Shown here: in pieces, positions 59,738-64,000 of the stretch
How positions within the stretch are numbered: the first letter of the stretch is position 1
How the letters are laid out: each line of letters opens with the position of its first letter
DNA from: Elusimicrobiota bacterium
GTDB lineage: Bacteria > Elusimicrobiota > Elusimicrobia > UBA1565 > JACRDR01
Assembly (NCBI GenBank): GCA_041694815.1
Contig: JBGFSC010000010.1
Coordinates: 32,001-96,000 of the forward strand
Direction of reading: 5' to 3'
DNA length: 64,000 bases
The notes under the pieces: generated by a model
Seen by the model: the letters and a program-made list of their open reading frames with translations, nothing else
What the model was told of the DNA's origin: nothing
Databases searched by the model: none
Translations under genes and position numbers: made by a program

Positions 59738-61831
59738 ATGGTGAGGAAGATCGTCTCTGACTGGCTCTCTCCGTTCGGCCAGGCCCGCTTTCGGAAACCC
59801 AAGGGTTGGGCCCAAAATTTAAAGCCAGGCAGCCGCTCCCACGACGGCGCGGACCTTCCCCGAGACCTGCAAGATTCCATAGGCAGGGCCCAGCAAGCCC
59901 TGCTGCGCCGGCAAATCCAGGAAGACGGTTACTGGTGCGCGGAGCTCCGGGCCGACACGACCTTGGAGTCGGATACGATCATGCTGCTCAATTTCCTGGG
60001 ACGCGGCGACTCGCCCAAGGTGGCGCGCCTGGCCCGATTCATCCTGTCCCAGCAATTGCCGGACGGCGGCTGGCCGATCTACCGCAACGGCCCGGCTGAT
60101 CTCTCGGCGACAGTCAAGGCCTACTGGGCGCTCAAATTCGCCGGCTACAAGCCGGAAGAGCCATTCCTCGCCCGAGCCAGGGAAAAGATACAGGCCTTGG
60201 GCGGCATCCATCGCGTCAACACCTATTCGAAGTTCTACATGGCGCTCTTCGGCCTCTACGATTGGAGAGGGGTCCCCACCATTCCTCCGGACCTGATGCT
60301 ATTCCCGAATTGGTTCTACTTCAACATCTACGAGATGTCCGCGTGGACCCGCTCGATCGTCGTGCCCCTTTCCATAATATGGTCGGATCCCCCTCCCCTT
60401 CGCTGCCCAGCCCATGCGAGACTCGACGAGCTGTTCCCGGACGAACGGCGCTACGTCCCGCTTCGCGAGGTTATGCCGCCGCATCGTTTCTTGTCCTGGA
60501 CCGGATTCTTCCTGATGTGGGACAACGGCCTCAAGGCCTTGGAAGGGCGGGGCCCGCATTGGCTCCGCGTCTGGTCGCGCCGCTTGGCGGAGCAATGGAT
60601 GTTGGAGCACCTGGAGGGCTCCGACGGGCTCGGCGCCATCTTCCCCGGCATCGTCAATACGATCATGGCGATGAAGGCCCTCAAATACCCCGACGACGAC
60701 CCCCGCCTACTCAAGCAGATCGGCATCCTGGAAGGGCTCGAAATCGACAGGGGCGAAATGCTCGAGATGCAGCCCTGCCTGTCTCCGATCTGGGACACGG
60801 CCTTAGCCGTCATCGCCTTGGCCGAATCGGGGATGAGCCGGGAGCATCCCGCGCTGATTGCGGCCGTCGAATGGCTGCTTTCCAAGGAGATCCGCCGTCC
60901 CGGCGACTGGCGCGTGACCAACCCGAGCGGCCCGATCGGCGGATGGGCGTTCGAGTTCGAAAACGATTTCTATCCCGACATCGACGATACGGCGATGGTC
61001 ATGCTCGCGCTGCGCCACGTTCACCTCGACGAGCGGCTCGAACTGGCCCGCGAGAAAGCCTGCCTGCGCGGCCTGCACTGGCTGCTGTCGATGCAGTCGG
61101 ATAGCGGCGGCTGGGCGGCTTTCGACAAGAACAATACCAAGATGATTTTCACCAAGATCCCCTTCGCGGACCACAACGCCATCATCGACCCGCCCACCGC
61201 CGATATCACGGGGCGCATCCTCGAGTTCCTGGGATACATCGGCTACGACGACTCCTTTGGGGCGGTGAAAGCCGCCGTTGCGTTCCTCAAGCGGGAACAG
61301 GAGGCCGACGGGTCGTGGTACGGGCGATGGGGGGTCAACTACATCTACGGCACCTGGCAGGTGCTGCGCGGCCTGGCCGCTATCGGCGAGGACATGCGCC
61401 AGCCCTACATACAAAAGGCCGCGGCCTGGCTTAAGTCCGTCCAGCAACACGACGGCGGATGGGGAGAGACGTGCTCCTCCTACGAGGATCCGAGCACGAA
61501 GGGATGCGGCCCCTCGACGCCCTCTCAGACCGCCTGGGCGCTGATGGCGCTCATGGCCGCGGGACAAGGAGAGGGCCCCGAGGCGCAAAGGGGGGTGGAA
61601 TATCTGCTCGGCACGCAACAGGACGACGGCAGCTGGCAAGAATCCGAGTTCACGGGCACCGGCTTTCCCAAGGTCTTTTACCTGGAATACACCCTATATA
61701 GGAACTACTTTCCCCTGCTCGCTCTCGGGCAATACCAGACTCTTTTGAGGAACCGCCGTCAGAACGAATCGAATCCCCCCATCCTGTTCCCCGGCTCGGC
61801 GCTGGAGTTCAGCGGCCCGGTGAGCCGCTAG
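59738..61831 (+). CDS. shc: Squalene-hopene cyclase
   Basis: QW repeats, QPCLSPIWDT, YPDIDDTA (DXDD), WYGRWGVNYIYGT, TGTGFPKVFYL. Confidence 0.97.
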   Translation: MVRKIVSDWLSPFGQARFRKPKGWAQNLKPGSRSHDGADLPRDLQDSIGRAQQALLRRQIQEDGYWCAELRADTTLESDTIMLLNFLGRGDSPKVARLARFILSQQLPDGGWPIYRNGPADLSATVKAYWALKFAGYKPEEPFLARAREKIQALGGIHRVNTYSKFYMALFGLYDWRGVPTIPPDLMLFPNWFYFNIYEMSAWTRSIVVPLSIIWSDPPPLRCPAHARLDELFPDERRYVPLREVMPPHRFLSWTGFFLMWDNGLKALEGRGPHWLRVWSRRLAEQWMLEHLEGSDGLGAIFPGIVNTIMAMKALKYPDDDPRLLKQIGILEGLEIDRGEMLEMQPCLSPIWDTALAVIALAESGMSREHPALIAAVEWLLSKEIRRPGDWRVTNPSGPIGGWAFEFENDFYPDIDDTAMVMLALRHVHLDERLELAREKACLRGLHWLLSMQSDSGGWAAFDKNNTKMIFTKIPFADHNAIIDPPTADITGRILEFLGYIGYDDSFGAVKAAVAFLKREQEADGSWYGRWGVNYIYGTWQVLRGLAAIGEDMRQPYIQKAAAWLKSVQQHDGGWGETCSSYEDPSTKGCGPSTPSQTAWALMALMAAGQGEGPEAQRGVEYLLGTQQDDGSWQESEFTGTGFPKVFYLEYTLYRNYFPLLALGQYQTLLRNRRQNESNPPILFPGSALEFSGPVSR

Positions 61832-61841
61832 GAGATAAATA

Positions 61842-62966
61842 ATGGCGGTACCCCTGCGGATGCAGTTGTCGGTGTTCGGTTACATCCTCAAGCAGAAACT
61901 TCGAGGAACCGAGCGCTACCCTCTGGTGATGATGCTCGAGCCCCTCTTCGCCTGCAATCTCGAGTGCGCCGGCTGCGGCAAGATACAGTACCCCCCCGAC
62001 ATCCTGCGCAAGCGCCTGACGCCGGAGGAATGCTGGGAGTCGGCGGAGGAATGCGGCGCCCCGATCGTCTCGGTCGCCGGGGGCGAGCCCCTAGCACACC
62101 CGCAGATAGACCGCATCGTCGAGGGCCTCATCTCCCGCGGCAAATACCTCTACCTGTGCACCAACGCGATACTCCTGGAGCGCAACCTCCAGCGCTTCAA
62201 GCCCTCCGCGCAGCTCATCTTCAGCATACACCTCGACGGCGCGGAAAAGACCCACGACCGGATGGTCTGCAAAGACGGCGTCTACAAGACCGCCGTCTCG
62301 GCCATCCGCAAGGCCAAGGCGATGGGCTTCAACGTCATGACTAACAGCACGATTTTCCAAGGGGAGGACTCCGAGGAGTTCCGGGCCTTCTTCGACACCG
62401 CGATGGAGCTGGGCGTCGACGGGATGATGATCTCGCCGGGCTACGCGTACGAGAAGGCTCCCGAGCAGGAGCTCTTCCTGAAGCGGGATCAGACGCGAGC
62501 CTGGTTCCAAGAGACGCTGCGGGGATGGCGACGCAAGGGTTGGGCCTTTAACCACAGCCCGTTCTACCTTGATTTCCTCGAAGGAAAACGGGACTATGAC
62601 TGCACACCCTGGGGCAACCCCCTGCGCAACGTCTTCGGCTGGCAGAAGCCCTGCTACCTGATGGCGGAGGCGGGATACGCGCGCAGCTACCGAGAACTGC
62701 TCGAGAGCACCGACTGGTCGCTCTACGGCCGCAAGTCGGGCAATCCCAAATGCGCCAATTGCATGGTCCACGTCGGCTACGAACCCTCGGCGGTGATCGA
62801 CGCTTTCTCCAGTCCACGGAAATTTTTCGAGATGGTCTCGGACATCGCCACGATCAAGGGCCCCAAAAAGGTCCGCCGGGCGCAGCTCGCCGCGCTGCCA
62901 GAGGAGCCCAGGGCCGCCCTATCGGGCGCCGGCCGTGGCTCGAAGGATTCCTGCGGAGGGCATTGA
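61842..62966 (+). CDS. hpnH: Adenosyl-hopene transferase (radical SAM)
   Basis: YPLVMMLEPLFACNLECAGCGKI, SPGYAYE, CTPWG, GWQKPCYL, CANCMVH.GYE. Confidence 0.95.
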   Translation: MAVPLRMQLSVFGYILKQKLRGTERYPLVMMLEPLFACNLECAGCGKIQYPPDILRKRLTPEECWESAEECGAPIVSVAGGEPLAHPQIDRIVEGLISRGKYLYLCTNAILLERNLQRFKPSAQLIFSIHLDGAEKTHDRMVCKDGVYKTAVSAIRKAKAMGFNVMTNSTIFQGEDSEEFRAFFDTAMELGVDGMMISPGYAYEKAPEQELFLKRDQTRAWFQETLRGWRRKGWAFNHSPFYLDFLEGKRDYDCTPWGNPLRNVFGWQKPCYLMAEAGYARSYRELLESTDWSLYGRKSGNPKCANCMVHVGYEPSAVIDAFSSPRKFFEMVSDIATIKGPKKVRRAQLAALPEEPRAALSGAGRGSKDSCGGH

Positions 62967-63981
62967 GATCGAAACGGCATTCTTGACTGGTGCGACCGGT
63001 TTCGTCGGGGCCAATCTCGCTCGAACCCTGATCCGGAAGGGATGGAAGGTTCGGGTGCTGGCGCGCAAGGGCGGCAACAGAAAGAATCTCGAGGGGCTCG
63101 GCTTGGAGCTCGTCGAAGGGGACCTGCTCGACGCGGCATCCCTGGAGGCTGGCTGCCGGGGCGCGCGCGCGGTGTTCCACGTGGCCGCGGATTATCGGAT
63201 ATGGGTGCCGGACCCGCGGGCCCTATACGCCGCCAACGTACAGGGAACCATCAACGTGCTTGAGGCCGCCGGCAAGGCCGGCGTCGAACGCATCGTGCAT
63301 TGCTCCAGCGTCGCGGCCGTCAAGCCCATCGACGGCAAGGTCGCGGACGAAAGCTCCGAATACAGGGACGTCTCGGAAATCATCGGCCCCTATAAACGCT
63401 CCAAGTGGCTGGCCGAGCGGGCCGCCCTCGAGTTGGCCCGCAAGGGCCTTCCGGTAGTCGTGGTCAATCCGGCCGCGCCGATAGGGCCCTACGACATCAA
63501 ACCGACCCCGACAGGCAAGATCGTGACCGATTTCCTCAACCGCCGGATCCCTTCCTACATCGACACCGGCCTCAACGTGGTGCATGTCGCCGACGTCGCC
63601 GAGGGGCACTGCCTGGCCGCGCAAAAGGGCCGCGTCGGGGAGCGCTACATACTTGGTGGAGAGAATCTCACGCTCAAGGCCATGCTCGATCTTCTCGCGG
63701 AAGCCACCGGGCTGAGCGCTCCGCGCTTTAAGACCCCCTACGCCATCGCCCTGGCCTTCGGCGCGCTCGACACCGCGCGCGCTCGGCTTTTTGGCGGCGA
63801 GCCCATGGCCCCCCTCGACGCCGTGCGCATGGCCAGGCACGCCATGTTCTACGATTCGAGCAAGGCCGCCCGGGAGTTGGGCCTGCGCCCGCGCCCGGCG
63901 AAGGAGGCTTTGGCCGACGCCGCTCGATGGTTTAGGGCCAATGGCTATGTCTCGAACCCCGCCCTGGCGGCCTGCGCATGA
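62935..63981 (+). CDS. hpnA: Hopanoid-associated NAD-dependent epimerase/dehydratase
   Basis: TGATGFVG, FHVAADYR.W, YKRSK, PIGPYDIKPTPTG; start uncertain. Confidence 0.9.
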   Translation: MARRIPAEGIEIETAFLTGATGFVGANLARTLIRKGWKVRVLARKGGNRKNLEGLGLELVEGDLLDAASLEAGCRGARAVFHVAADYRIWVPDPRALYAANVQGTINVLEAAGKAGVERIVHCSSVAAVKPIDGKVADESSEYRDVSEIIGPYKRSKWLAERAALELARKGLPVVVVNPAAPIGPYDIKPTPTGKIVTDFLNRRIPSYIDTGLNVVHVADVAEGHCLAAQKGRVGERYILGGENLTLKAMLDLLAEATGLSAPRFKTPYAIALAFGALDTARARLFGGEPMAPLDAVRMARHAMFYDSSKAARELGLRPRPAKEALADAARWFRANGYVSNPALAACA

Positions 63982-64000
63982 TACTGCTCGCCACCGCCAC
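63978..64000 (+). CDS. Start of the next gene (MILLATA..., possibly hpnG-like)
   Basis: ATGA overlap with the hpnA stop; only 7 codons visible. Confidence 0.3.

Noticed and set aside
62955..62970. Non-canonical ATT/ATC start for hpnA after GGAGGG
   Set aside because: An in-frame GTG at 62935 is available; the two cannot be distinguished without data.

Overview
High-GC (roughly 65% by eye), gene-dense bacterial chromosome segment. The many divergent Cys-rich pilins, the FlgD-Ig/PorV-family pair and the OmpA/FlgD fusion resemble Elusimicrobiota-type genomes (inference only). Left to right: a minus-strand run (partial GH84 N-acetylglucosaminidase missed by the ORF track, ceramidase-like, DUF218, EndoIII-like, PolX-PHP, receiver, degenerate kinase, gamma-CA, LPG-synthase-like); nadB-uvrA-pilin; small exported proteins; hpnL/hpnK; a large type IV pilus locus (two O-antigen-ligase/TPR genes, pilB, two fibre-like paralogues, pilC, pilin, OmpA protein, fused pilM-N, pilO, pilP-like, pilQ, four minor pilins); a gspC-N type II secretion operon headed by DUF4331 and a lipoprotein; site-2 protease; amine oxidase; relBE, tRNA-Thr(CGT) and brnA with a truncated brnT; a c-di-GMP/two-component cluster; a propeller/FlgD-Ig plus PorV-like pair; and shc-hpnH-hpnA. 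The most unusual structure is a tandem pair of 670-bp-spaced cassettes between pilB and pilC. They share a near-identical leader (3x GAAAGT at 9-nt period inside a CCAGG/CCTGG stem) and N-terminus, but have different lower-GC, phage-tail-fibre-like C-termini, one with a Peptidase_S74 chaperone. All calls rest on motif recognition and manual reading; no searches were run.
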